A stretch of 64,000 bases of DNA from Schizochytrium sp. TIO01. Taxonomy: Eukaryota; Protista; Bigyra: Labyrinthulomycetes. A program made the position numbers and the translations under genes. The stretch covers positions 4,042,040 to 4,106,039 of the forward strand of contig SMSO01000035.1 of assembly GCA_004764695.1 (NCBI GenBank), given 5' to 3'. Positions 12,817 to 24,534 of the stretch are shown piece after piece; position 1 is the first letter of the stretch, and every line of letters starts with the position of its first letter. The notes below the pieces were generated by a model. The model was not told the DNA's origin, did not search any database, and saw only the letters and a list, made by a program, of their open reading frames with translations.

Positions 12817-13094
12817 GATCTCCTTTTTCTATACATGAAACATTACAAATTGAACTAAGTCTCTTTTAACCTATATTTGACAGTATTTGTTTCATATACT
12901 TTTCCAAGGAGATGATTTTTTTTAAAGAATCATTTCATTGATGGGGTCTTAGCCCCTACTATAACATACAAGCTTTTCAAAGTTTGTAGATTAAATACTG
13001 AGAGAAAGATCTGATGAGCCAACAACTTACGCAGCGGCAGAGGGTCATAAAAGCGAGGCAGCGCTGCAAGTCCCCTCCGCTCGACCGGGGCACG

Positions 13095-13732
13095 CAGCAG
13101 CGTGGATGACGCTGTGCAGGACGAGGAACTTGACGAGCGCGATGCAACCAAGTTGAAGGCTGCTTATATCTATGCAGCACCGAGCTCTGAGTCGTGAGTG
13201 GATCAGCCAACTCCACTTTCGCATCGTGAATGGCGAGCCCAGCAAGACAAATCCTTACACCCACGCTCTCTATAGGGACTAAACTTTCGCGAGCAAGGGC
13301 TTTGCCAAAGTGAAATTCACCAAGTTCTGGGGAATGTTTCCAAGGGAGATTGCCAGAGAAAAACGCACGACATCGATGGATTCTTTGGTCCACAAATATG
13401 AGAATGCATGTAATGACGACCAACTACGATCAGTTGCAGTCTAAGAGGCGGCCTAGTTCTACCTCAAGTTTCTCAGAAAGCAGCCTTACGAGGGCTCTGA
13501 CTGCTCACTACTTGCACAAGTTCTTTTTGCGTGGCTCTTGCGTAAACATGCCCCATTCCCTGTTCGCATGAGGAGACCACAGATCTGCACTTTTGCTAAG
13601 CTAACTGGAGTTCTGAATCCTCAGACACAGGACGATGTGTTTACGGCTGCTGTCTACGAGGATTTTGAAGCTCTCTATAGCTTCTACCTGCGCATGCTTT
13701 TATGTGATACTTGGGCCAATAGTACTAATTAA
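13095..13732 (+). pseudogene. Degenerate Fic/Fido-domain pseudogene
   Basis: Manual translation: DATKLKAAYIY/MQHRALSREWISQLHFRIVNG...ALYRD*...SMDSLVHKYEN...V*EAA*FYLKFLRKQPYEGSDCSLLAQVLFAWLLRKHAPFPV. Motif order matches the Fic core. Stops at 13280, 13442 and 13454; frameshift at ~13171. Confidence 0.6.
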
Positions 13733-15045
13733 CGGAACTCTTACAACGCATGAGCATACCCCAATATTACACAACGAGAAAAAACTAGATCGCACACAAG
13801 GACATGCATATATATATAATGTGTATGTGTGTGTTGTTGTTTAGGTTGGTGGAAATGCCGAAGCATTTGCCACTCACGAGACTAACAGCAACGGTGTTGT
13901 TGTGCATCTTTGCAAGAAACACAGGGTTAAATATCCCATTGGCAATTAAGCTGACACGAGTACGTACGTGGCGGAGGGTCGCAAAACATTCCTCTGGCCA
14001 AGACGATACTAAAAGCCAAAAAAAATCGACTCAATAAGTAAAAAATAATCGTACGACGCTGGATTTTTCCACAACACTAGTTAGCCTTTAAGAAAAAAAA
14101 AAAAACTAAAATGCAAATTTCGAACTTTGGCCACAAAAACTAGTTAGCTAACAAATTTCTTTGGTTGCTTATTTTTTTGGTGGGGGATGGGGTTCGGGGA
14201 AGACCTTGAGGACAGATATGTATGTATATGATGGAACTCAGGTCACTAGACCAAGTACAAATTATCGTATACCGTATATTTTTTCCCGTTTTCACCAATG
14301 GCTGTGATGAACTCTGAACATAAATATGACGACGGGAAAGAAGGAAAAGAAGAAGAAGAACGAGACTCTACCTTTGATTTGACCTATACAATGGTAGTGA
14401 CGCGCAAGTGGATTTGGGAAATGAGGCTTCGATATAGTCAAACACGCTACCAAAATAGCCAATGCCGGGGTGTTTGTTAAATGAGCTCATAATGCATCTA
14501 GAATTGCAATTGGGACAAATGGGGCTTGGGGGATTTTATCGGGATAATGCTACGTCTATTGCTCCATTATACGCCAAAGATCAATACTTGAAAGAGCTTC
14601 GTGCCAAATATTGTTTGATTACTTAGTTAGAATGTTTGTGGCCTCAATATCCGTCCCCATATTTTAAAGATGTTTCTCCATTAGTCTAAAAAAAAAGATG
14701 TATTCATTTAATCAGACCAAACAATTCATACACCGCCAAGGCATAGCTCGTCGAATTTTTGTTGCAAGTTCTCACTGACACCCAGGGAGTTCTCGTGTTG
14801 ACGTTTCAGCTATTCGTATATCGTAGGAGCCCTCATTGAGATATCGAACTAATACCGTGCACGATAAATTGTTAGATCTTCTGGAACGGTGGTTCGCTGC
14901 TGTTCTCTGAGGTAAGTAAAACAGGCGAACCGGAGCGAAGGATCATCGCCGTTGAGGAGAAGAAAAGGCAATCAAAGAGAGAGAGAGAGAGAGATTGTGC
15001 AGCAGAACGAGAGCGAAGCTTGCCGAGAGCTTGCGCGGAGAAACC

Positions 15046-16457
15046 ATGTCTCGCGACGCAGGATACGACCGCTAGTACGTTTAGGAGGATTGATCACCAA
15101 TGATGTTTCCGCACCACGAGTCCTGGGCACCGTCTGTTGCGTGTGATCACGAGATGCATGGATCATGAGGTGGTGTAGCAGGGATGGAGGGATGGACAAC
15201 TACAATTGCGCACATCCAAGGCGGCAAGAAAGCCCTCGCAGTAGAGTTTGGATCAAAACTCTGAACAAGAGGCTGATGTAAATCGTTTAAAGGTTGATGA
15301 CGTGCAAAAAGTTGCATTGAAAGTTACAAAGTGCTCGATCAGTATCTTTGGGGATCTTGGAATGTGCGTTGGGAAACATGACGATGAGGTTGAGACTGAC
15401 GAAACTTGCATGGTTTGGTTTTACTGTTTGTTTCTAACGCTCCTGTGTTTTGTTTGTGGACTCTTTTGTGAACGCGTTGGGCGAACTTGGAATTTTATTT
15501 TGCTCTCTATCACAGCTTGTCGATCTTCAGCCCAGAAGGTCGTCTGTACCAGCTCGGTAAGTTCTATAAACAACACTAGAAGAGGCTCGGCTCTAATTCA
15601 TCCCTCTAATATTGAAATACAATTTCTGTTCAAAAGAGATCACGAAATGAAGAGCTGTTGACTAATTTTGACCGCATTGTTTCGGCTTTATTAATTTGTC
15701 TCTTGCTTTGTGCATATTATTATCTCTGGTTTTCTTATGGCTGGATATACGACACTCGCAAACACGTGGGCACTCATTTTGAAATTTTTGTGGATCTACA
15801 GAATATGCCAAGAAGGCCGTAGAGAGCGGTGGTCTCACCACCGTGGCTGTACGGGGCCGCGACAGTGTGTGCCTCGTCACCCAGCGGAAGGTTGAGGACA
15901 AGCTTATTGATGCTGCTTCTATGACCCGCATGTTTAAGATCACACCAAAGATCGGTTGCGTAATTACCGGTCTTATCGCCGACGGTCGCTCCCTCGTGGC
16001 CCAGGCACGACAGGAAGCTTTCAACTTTGAATACCAGAACGGCTATGCTGTCCCGTGCGCATACTTGGCTCGGCGTGTGGCTGATATTGCACAGGTTAAC
16101 ACCCAGCATGCTGGTCGCCGTGTCATGGCTGTAGATATGATTTTTTGCAGCATCGATGATGAGGATGGTGCACAGTTGTACCACGTCGACCCTGCGGGAC
16201 ACTTCCACGGCTACCGTGCTACTGCAGCTGGCGGTAAGGCGCAGGAGGCTGTTTCTATCCTTGAAAAGAAGGATACCGACTCGATGGACCTCGAGACTAC
16301 CATTCAGACTGCTATCATGACCCTCCAGACCACTGTGTCTGCCGACTTCAAGCCTGAGGAGATCGAAGTTGCGGTTGTTAAGACCGGCGGAGATTTTGGC
16401 CTTCTTGAGGACGCTGAAGTCGAGGAGCACCTCACTGCCATCGCGGAGCGCGATTAG
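15046..16457 (+). CDS. PSMA6: 20S proteasome subunit alpha type-6 (alpha1); exons 15046-15074, 15516-15556, 15802-16457
   Basis: The spliced product MSRDAGYDRY|LSIFSPEGRLYQLE|YAKKAVESGGLTTVAVRGRD... rebuilds the alpha-subunit signature. Introns are GTACGT..CACAG and GTAAGT..TACAG. Ends HLTAIAERD, typical of alpha1. Confidence 0.95.
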
Positions 16458-17128
16458 GTTGTTGATCTTTTTCGTCTCGTCAGCTTTGCTTTCCTGACTA
16501 ACTCATGCATCTATACCCACCCCCCTTTTTTTATCTCTTTTGTCTCTTTTTTGCAAGCTTACTTTTTCTTGTCCTACTAACTACTTCATTTGGTGCATGC
16601 GAGGAGTAGGTCCTTCTCATATTTCACTATCTTGCTCACTTGAACAGCGCTTGACTCCGACTCGAGTATATTTAGGTACGTGTCTCTTTCAATTTGAAAA
16701 CGGAGCATGTTAGCTTTGATTTTTTTTATCCTGTGAATGTAAATTGCAGACACAATACGGGCCTCAAGGCCATCATTTGAACACTATTCAAGTGCATTAT
16801 CTCTAAAACCTTTTTGTGCAGGGGATACCTTCTTCAAATACTCGCTCATATCCTCCCCCAGTCAATCATGGCAAATGGCTCTCACAAGAATCAGTCTCCC
16901 TGAGCTTAGCTCATCATTTGCCTGCCGTGCCTGAGAGACCATCATCATTTACCTAACGAGTACTACTACGGAGGTGGTACAGCCTATTCAATTTTTAATA
17001 GAAAGCCTAAGGCTATTTAAGTATGTCTTACTTCTTCTTGATTGAGTGATCATTCATTATCCAAGGTAAGGTATCAGAGCGGTGCTGACAGCCTATTCAT
17101 TCGACAAAGACCAAATCTAGCTTCAGTG

Positions 17129-19544
17129 ATGAGGGCCTCGCCGTTGGGCAGAGGTGCTCTTATCTCAGCTGGCCAAACTAGATTGCCTAACGCTTGCTCG
17201 CAACAGAGTGTGGCAATTGTTTCAATGACGGCCTTCAGAGCCTGGGGACGCAACCATGGCAGCTCGGTCTCAAGCTGGAAAGGAGCTCGTCTTTCACAAA
17301 GACTGAGGTCTGATCTCATCGAAGGCAATGGCAAAAATCAATATAGATTCTTGGCCTCCCGTGCGATTTCATCTGCATCCTTTGAAAGCGATGCTTCTAC
17401 GATATCGTCCCCTTCGTGGGCTTCCAGGAAATTACCATCTTCTCGGCATTTTGCTTCTTCTTCATCGCCAACATCTGCATCGATCAATGTGCCTTCACAA
17501 GTGCCTGTTTTGATTGCAGGCGGAGGTCCTGTAGGTACTCTGATGTCGCTACTTCTTTCAAGGTATGGTGTAGCATCCCTCGTTGTAGAACAAGGTGAAG
17601 CTGGCGGTGATGGTGCAGGAATGTCTGGCACAAAACTTGGGGAAGGCACTGTGCAAGGTGCTGCAGGTATAGATGATGGGAAACACCTGCCACACCCTCG
17701 TGCGCATGTGATGCATACACGAGCTATGGAAATTATGCGCGAGGTTGGCCTAGAGAAAGCCATCTGGGACCAGGTTCCGCCATCGGAACACTGGCGAAAA
17801 TTTCGCTACTGCACATCACTTTTGGGGGAGGACTTGGCAGAGATGGATCACTTTCGCACAAAAGAATTCAAGGCACTTGGCGACCTGAGTCCTTGTCGCG
17901 TAGCTCAGCTTTCGCAACCAATCCTGGAGGAAATCTTAACGAATGCAGCGCAGGAGGCGGCGAAGACTAGTCACGCACAGCTTCTCACAGGCCATGGCGT
18001 TCAGCGAATTGAGAAGACACCCGCAGGGAAAATTCGAGTTACAATTCAACCTACAAAGGCCTTCTACTAACACCCAAGCTGCCCCATTGACAATTGATGC
18101 GGACTATGTAGTAGGTGCAGACGGCACGCGCAGTACAATTCGCCGTGCGCTGCAAATTGTGTCACGTGGCGAGCACGACATGGAGTCCTTTGCAAGTATC
18201 CACTTTACAAGCAAAGCTCTCGGACGTGCATTGGCGAAAGAACGGAGAGGTGCAATGCTTTCATTCATCTTCAATCCTGATGTGATGGGAGTTGTCGTAT
18301 CACATGACCTCCGGCGCGGCGATTGGGTAATCCATGTGCCATTCTTCCCACCTGCACAAACCTTAGAGGACATTTGCGGAAGCAAGCAGGCATGCTTGAA
18401 CATAATCCGGCAATGCTGCGTACCGAACTCTACCCCTACAGGCGGGGCTGAAGATCCCCTTCATGACCTGGAGCTCCATACTGTCCGCGCATGGGGTATG
18501 CATGCAACCTGTGCAGCTTCATTCTCAGGCATGGACAACCACGTATTTCTTGTTGGTGATGCAGCTCACCAATTTCCCCCCTCTGGTGGATTTGGCGTAA
18601 ATGCTGGTCTTGTTGACGCTCACAATTTGGCTTGGAAGCTGGCCTATGCAGTACAGGGAAAGGCTTCCCCTAAGTTATTAAGTTCTTACGACCTAGAACG
18701 CCGCCCAGTAATCGAAGATTCTTTAAGTGTTGCCGTTGACAACTATCGGCGTGGCTTGCTTCCCGCAAGAGCCATGGGCCTGGAAAGGAACCTCGTAGCA
18801 ACAGCAGTTTCGATGCTCTCGCAGGGCGGTGCATCCCTACCTTGGGCAGGAAGTATTGTGGGAGGCATGTTAACCATTGGAAAACAGCATTTGCGATCCC
18901 CAGGGCTTGTGAGAGCTAAAGTTAAAGCCGTTGTTGAAGAAAGGCAAGAGGCGCTTCCTTTGCTATTCCCACGAACTGACAAAGGTTATCAATACTATCC
19001 AGAAGCTGGTGCTGTCTTGGCGGATTCGAATATTGTCGATAGGACTCGCCGCGACCTCCGCCCTAGCGACTTCTGGCTAAAACCTAATCTCCCAAGAGGG
19101 AATCAGACTGAATTCACCCCGGACACACAAGCAGGGAAAATGCTTCCCCATGCCTGGGTCATCTGTGGCAAAACGAAACAGAGACTTTCAACTATTGACA
19201 TTGTCAGGATGAACTTGCCAAAGTTTGTTCTCATTCATTCAAACCCAGCTGAATGGAACACTATTTTGCAAAACCCAGCTATTCGGTCGCTCGTTGCCAA
19301 TGTTGCGCTCCTTCCTACTGCGTCCTTTGAAAGGGAAGCAACAACAGAAGACTCTTCGAGTACGAACTTTTACTACGAGGAAAATTCACCTTGGGAACGT
19401 ATTTCTCAGTTCGGCTCCTCAGGTGCTGTTTTGGTGCGCCCAGATGGCCACATCGCATGTCGGTTCAACTCTGGAGTGACTAAAGACAAATTGGAGCACG
19501 TGTTGAAGGCACTTCACCTCCATACCGCTTCGCCAACAGTTTAG
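17129..19544 (+). CDS. FAD-dependent monooxygenase (PheA/TfdB-like aromatic hydroxylase) with N-terminal transit-peptide-like extension; +1 frameshift at ~18062
   Basis: VLIAGGGPVG, HPRAHVMHTRAMEIMR, YVVGADG, VFLVGDAAHQFPPSGGFGVNAGLVDAHNLAWKLA, GAVLVRPDGHIA. Ser/Arg-rich leader. The two ORFs join near AAG-GCC-T-TCT. Confidence 0.88.
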
Positions 19545-19568
19545 TACTAAATAGGGCTCTTGTTTTTT

Positions 19569-19573
<5 letters not shown>

Positions 19574-19609
<36 letters not shown>
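19574..19609. repeat. (CT)n microsatellite
   Basis: Pure TC run downstream of the monooxygenase stop. Confidence 0.95.
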
Positions 19610-19613
<4 letters not shown>

Positions 19614-21153
19614 CTCCCCATCCCCCCATAATTTGGATAAATAAAAAACAGACCTGTCTCCAGTTCTAAGGTATTCTCACCTTGACAAGATATGATCTTT
19701 GCCCTCTAACTCTTGGTTTTGAGATACGAGACTTAAGAACGATCATTCAGCTGGTTCTGCTACTTACGCTGCTTAATAGCTTTGTCTGATTTTTAATTAG
19801 AGAACTCTACTTTCTCATTTTACTAAAACGTCCGCTGGAAGCGCCCATACCCTTTCAAAGGCGATGAAAGAACCAGAAGATAAACGAACAACAATCTGAG
19901 ATTGATTTTATCATGCTAGATAGCCAGCCCTCTGATTACCCTGGCAGCATCGGGGAGTCAAAATACACAGAAACTCTCATCGGCGATATCGATGACTCCA
20001 ATTTACAAACCTTCGAATGCTAACAAAGTTATGTCGAAAGCAAGTTCACAGAGCTTCCCGAATAACCTATGTAGAATTAATTATATTGTATTGTTTGGAG
20101 TTAGTATGCTACTCTGGCTTTTTTCAATTTGTTTTAATCTTATTATCGATCGAGTAATCAACAGGCACCTAGATGACTGTCTCTAGCAGGTCGTTTATTT
20201 ACAGTAGCTTCCTTGTCAAATCATTTCTATGAACTGCCAAATTAAGAATATATGTTTTTTTTTTGTTTTTTTTGTTTTTTTTAAATTTATATTATTATAA
20301 TTGAACGGACAAATCCACCGATGAATATCATTCTCTCTACACAGGGTCAATTCGGTTTCCTTAGTCAGCTCGCTTCCCCTGGGTGGTTATAGAATTACTT
20401 GAATCAATCTATACACACAGTGTTTATCGGGTGCCTCGTCGCCGCGGGGAAGGAAGCAATTTAAGTCAAGTCACCCAGTCTGATCATATTATACAGTGAG
20501 AGAGAGTAGAGAGATAGAGAAAAGACGAGGCTATGACAAGCAAGCAACGAACTCAGTGTTCATCTCATGTGCTAGGTATGCATGCACAATACCTTAAATC
20601 TACCAATCTTCTAGATTACTTATGTGGATGAACCTGAAACCCCTTTTTATTTCATTATGCATGTCTTCTCTAAGGTACTCGAAAAGAAAAGAAAAGAAAG
20701 GAAAGGACTGGACTTTCTTTCTCTTGCGATATAGCGCAAGAGAGACAATGAATATTCTATTCCTTCCTAGAACAGAGACTAGAATAGATCCGGTAGGTAC
20801 CATATTGTGTATGCTTAAGATGTTGTGTTGGTAAAGTTTGATAGTCTTTCATAATTTTAATCACAGACTTTCCATTTGCTCACTAGTTTGCTTTTTCAGG
20901 AATACAAGCAACCGTGGAGGAAGACTCGGACCTCGGCCAGTCGCACAGCAGCACCCAAATCACTAGGAGGGGTATCAACACTCGTGCGCAGATTGATTGT
21001 AGCTACCGCGCGAGAAGGGCTATCTTGCGTCGAAATCGATCGTTAGAGGGAGGAAAGGTCGTGTTAGTCCGCAATTATTAGCTGGTGGGTTGCCTTGTAC
21101 AGACATATTCAATATTGGCGCCTAGCTCATGATTTTATGAACTTGAAATCCAC

Positions 21154-22257
21154 ATGAACTACAGCTACTGCGCAGAATCTTTCTGTGAAACGCGAGGTTA
21201 TGGCTACTGCGCACCACGGGATGACTACCACCAAGGTACCAACTATGATTTTGTTTGTGTATGCGACTCTTATTGGGTTCGGGATGATACACATGTGAGT
21301 ATACATGTCTTTGAATGTGAAATCCCTCGGGTTGCCTGGCAGGTATTCACCTCCGTAAATATCGTTCTCTCTAGCATCCTCGTTTCAGTGAGTTGTGTAC
21401 TAATAGTTCGATACATTAGAGAGAAGCGAAAGTTGGGTGTTCCTTTTCGTCTTTTGACAGCTGCCATATTCCATTTATGCTATGACGTCACTCGCTTTAT
21501 TTCTTTGGAGACTTCAATCATTGGCTCATTGGCATATACGCTATCAACAGTTTCTTTTCTTGAGTTCTTACGAGGTTTTATCTTACAGCTTACATATTCA
21601 ATTTTGGACACTATTCATGTAAATCATCAGACCCACGAGGAACTTGAATCATTTTATTATATGATTGCTACTGGAAGTACAGCATTAATTTCATTAGGGT
21701 GTGTAACAATTACGTTTGCAAGGCTTTATGGTGTAGTTAAATATCTCGAGGATGATATTGAAGCTTTCAATAGCGGCAGTGTGGCTGCCTTGATTGGGTA
21801 TATGATTGGGATTCTAGGCGTTGTTCCCAGTATTGATATATTCACACGAAAAATTAGTGCCTCAATTTCACAATCAGAAGAAGCTGCAACTCGAGGCTCG
21901 TCTTCAGAAAACTATGTTGCCAAGCCTGCAGTCCCAATTATATTTTGCCTTAGCCGTGCACGGCGTCTAATGGCATTTAGCTCATTTATTGGTTTCGTGA
22001 CCAATCTGTTTGCTGTTTCTTCTTATTTAGGAGGTAAAGAGGCAGCTATTAAGTACTCGTACACTGTGTTTTGGTGTTCCCAAATTGCTACAGTTGCTAC
22101 GATGCTGGGAATTTCCAGGTTTTTTTTCTCCCTGACAAGACCGCAAGTTCACCCCATTGGTACGCGCTCGACCGCCTTTGAGGACTCCGTTCCACGGGAA
22201 CTCCCAGAAATCGCAGACCTGAATATACACAAGTATTCGCATGGAAGCGAGGTTTGA
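21154..22257 (+). CDS. Orphan EGF-like + 7TM membrane protein, paralog A
   Basis: N-terminal C-x4-C-x7-C-x15-C-x-C-x17-C followed by about 7 hydrophobic helices. Shares YDVxRFxSL and DIEAxNxG with the two downstream ORFs. Confidence 0.75.
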   Translation: MNYSYCAESFCETRGYGYCAPRDDYHQGTNYDFVCVCDSYWVRDDTHVSIHVFECEIPRVAWQVFTSVNIVLSSILVSVSCVLIVRYIREKRKLGVPFRLLTAAIFHLCYDVTRFISLETSIIGSLAYTLSTVSFLEFLRGFILQLTYSILDTIHVNHQTHEELESFYYMIATGSTALISLGCVTITFARLYGVVKYLEDDIEAFNSGSVAALIGYMIGILGVVPSIDIFTRKISASISQSEEAATRGSSSENYVAKPAVPIIFCLSRARRLMAFSSFIGFVTNLFAVSSYLGGKEAAIKYSYTVFWCSQIATVATMLGISRFFFSLTRPQVHPIGTRSTAFEDSVPRELPEIADLNIHKYSHGSEV

Positions 22258-23472
22258 TTTTGTAATAACACTTCCCTAGTTTCCACTACTCTTACTCATT
22301 TTGTCCCATAACCTAAGCAAAGCCTTTTCTTGGCTGTTAATTGCAGTTTTTATTTGACGTGTTTTTTTGTTTTCAGGGGGAGGGGGGGGGGAGATATTGA
22401 TTTCGTAAAAATAGTCTTTTGACATAAGGCTATCACTTTGGTACTTTTCTTTCCTTTCCGAAAGTTCGGCAATGCAAAGCATCACATCTATAGCATTGTT
22501 GTGAAGTTATGCAACCTCAAACCAGGACTGATCGCAGGCACGTTGGTATACTGTTAAACCGAGGCGCACATACAGAAGAACAGATATCAATACAATTCTC
22601 TGGCAAACAAGAAATATTTACTACTCTAAGTCAGCGACTCTTGCTCGTAATTTCAACGGCCATTCGGAATGCCTATCAGTCAAACAAAAACAAAGGCATA
22701 TTTTGATATGAACACGATATTTTAAAGCGTGCTAGATCTCTTGCAAATCAACACTGCACTGATTACTATTATGATTTTATAACTCAGAGTGCTGGTTCTC
22801 TGAAATAGTTTAGCTCTTTTGGGGCTACAAAATTGCATGCACTTATAGAAGGATATTCTCCTTACTGTTGTGTTTTCTTACATATCCCCCTGCCTTCCTA
22901 ATTATTTTAGCTATTGCAAGGTGTCATTATATCGTCTGGCAGCTTTTACTAATGTTGTAACTACCTGAATTGGGCACCTGCTTTGCTATACTCTGCCAAA
23001 GCGCCTGCATATATTCTGTTTATTATACATATTTGAAGTTATAACCAGATATAATTTCATTGCTGACTGGTTTAGTGGCCTGAACAAAGTTCTCTCTTCT
23101 ACTCAAGCGTAATGAGGTTAAAAGCTTGCTTAGCTAATCATTGCATTGAAAATGTGGAACCACGGGAAGCGACTGGTACAATCAGCGAATCATTGCACAC
23201 TCCCAAATTTGGTCCGTTGAGGTGTGCACGAAGAGGGAACCTACTAGGAAGAAAATTATTCATATATAGGTATGGTATATCCTCTTTTATTTTATTTTTT
23301 TAGTGCTTGCATTGAGGCCCCGTATCAATTCTCTTTTTCAGTAGCTAGTAGACACAAAATAACAAACCAAGAGGAGAATAATAATGTACATGAGAGCTGA
23401 CTGTGTCAGCTGGAGTGTAAACTCTACAGACAACACCAAACTTATAAGCATTGTCCGATTCGATTTTCTGGT

Positions 23473-24534
23473 ATGTTGCCCCTCCTAGGCTGGCACGCTG
23501 TTCATGGAGTCACAATGGCAAACTGCACAGCCTCCTGTGATGATCTGGGAAGAGGGGTTTGTTCTTTCAGTGCTTCCTACAATACGTTCGTTTGTGAATG
23601 CAGCAGTGGATATGCTCGGGACACAATGCATTTATGGAACATACCGATTAGCTGCACAACTAAAAGGCCATTGCAGTTATTTCTGGATTTTATGTGCTTG
23701 TTGGTGTGTTTGAGTGCAATTGCTCTCTGTATTATGCAATACAAAAAAAGCATGGAAAGGGCCAACAATCAATCTCTTAAAATTCTTATCATATTGGATT
23801 GCAGTGTTGCTTTTGTACATATTCTTTTTGACGCATTACGGCTCGCATCGATAGATTTCTCAATAGTGGGTTCAATTCTATTCTCCTTAATAATAATAGG
23901 ATCTGTGCAGTTGTATAGATTGAACATTTTATACCTCGCTGACAAGGCATTTATACTTCTTCATGAAGATGTCACAAAAATCAGTGGATTTGTTACTTAT
24001 TACGCCAAGGTAGTAGCGTGGACCAGCAAGCTAATGGATGCTGTTGGCCTAATCATGGTTTTTGCAACTTTCTTGTCTGTCGATGGATACCTTCGTATGG
24101 ACATTGAAGCCTTGAACGAAGGCAGTATTTTTGTCATGGTCTTCTGTGCAATCGGAATTAATATAACCGCAATCAATGCTATCGTCTTCCTACGAGTATT
24201 TCTCAAGCTGATAAACAAAGATGTTTGTGTTGAAATGACAGAGCCTCAGCTTAAAGAGTTCCGCCGAAGGGCAAATGTAATGGTTTTTCTGTTAAAGAAG
24301 CTTTGTCAAGGTTTATGTGCAGTGAGCATTGCAATCACAACTGGATATGGCTTGCTTTTTAAAACGTACATTTTAGACGGTGGAGAGCTACCACTAGCAT
24401 GGATAATATTCACTGGTACCCAGATTGGTACTGCAGGTGATATTCTAAATCTTGCCATTCTTCTACCAAAATACTCAGCATTAGATGTACAAGGCGAAAA
24501 GATCAAGAAGGACACCATTCTATCAACATCCTAA
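23473..24534 (+). CDS. Orphan EGF-like + 7TM membrane protein, paralog B
   Basis: NC-x3-C-x7-C-x10-C-x-C-SSGY..-C followed by about 7 hydrophobic segments. LLHEDVTK and DIEALNEG shared with paralog C. Confidence 0.8.
   Translation: MLPLLGWHAVHGVTMANCTASCDDLGRGVCSFSASYNTFVCECSSGYARDTMHLWNIPISCTTKRPLQLFLDFMCLLVCLSAIALCIMQYKKSMERANNQSLKILIILDCSVAFVHILFDALRLASIDFSIVGSILFSLIIIGSVQLYRLNILYLADKAFILLHEDVTKISGFVTYYAKVVAWTSKLMDAVGLIMVFATFLSVDGYLRMDIEALNEGSIFVMVFCAIGINITAINAIVFLRVFLKLINKDVCVEMTEPQLKEFRRRANVMVFLLKKLCQGLCAVSIAITTGYGLLFKTYILDGGELPLAWIIFTGTQIGTAGDILNLAILLPKYSALDVQGEKIKKDTILSTS

Noticed and set aside
12817-12826. Shine-Dalgarno-like AGGAG before the 159-aa ORF
   Set aside because: Only 3 nt from the ATG and better explained as codons (KKEI) of a degraded upstream extension.
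10900-13760. TAA/TAG reassigned to Gln (alternative genetic code) in the island
   Set aside because: The same fragments also contain frameshifts, and TAA/TAG terminate normal genes throughout the window, including the two convergent island ORFs.
15774-16430. Antisense ORF over PSMA6
   Set aside because: Same codon-aligned shadow effect.
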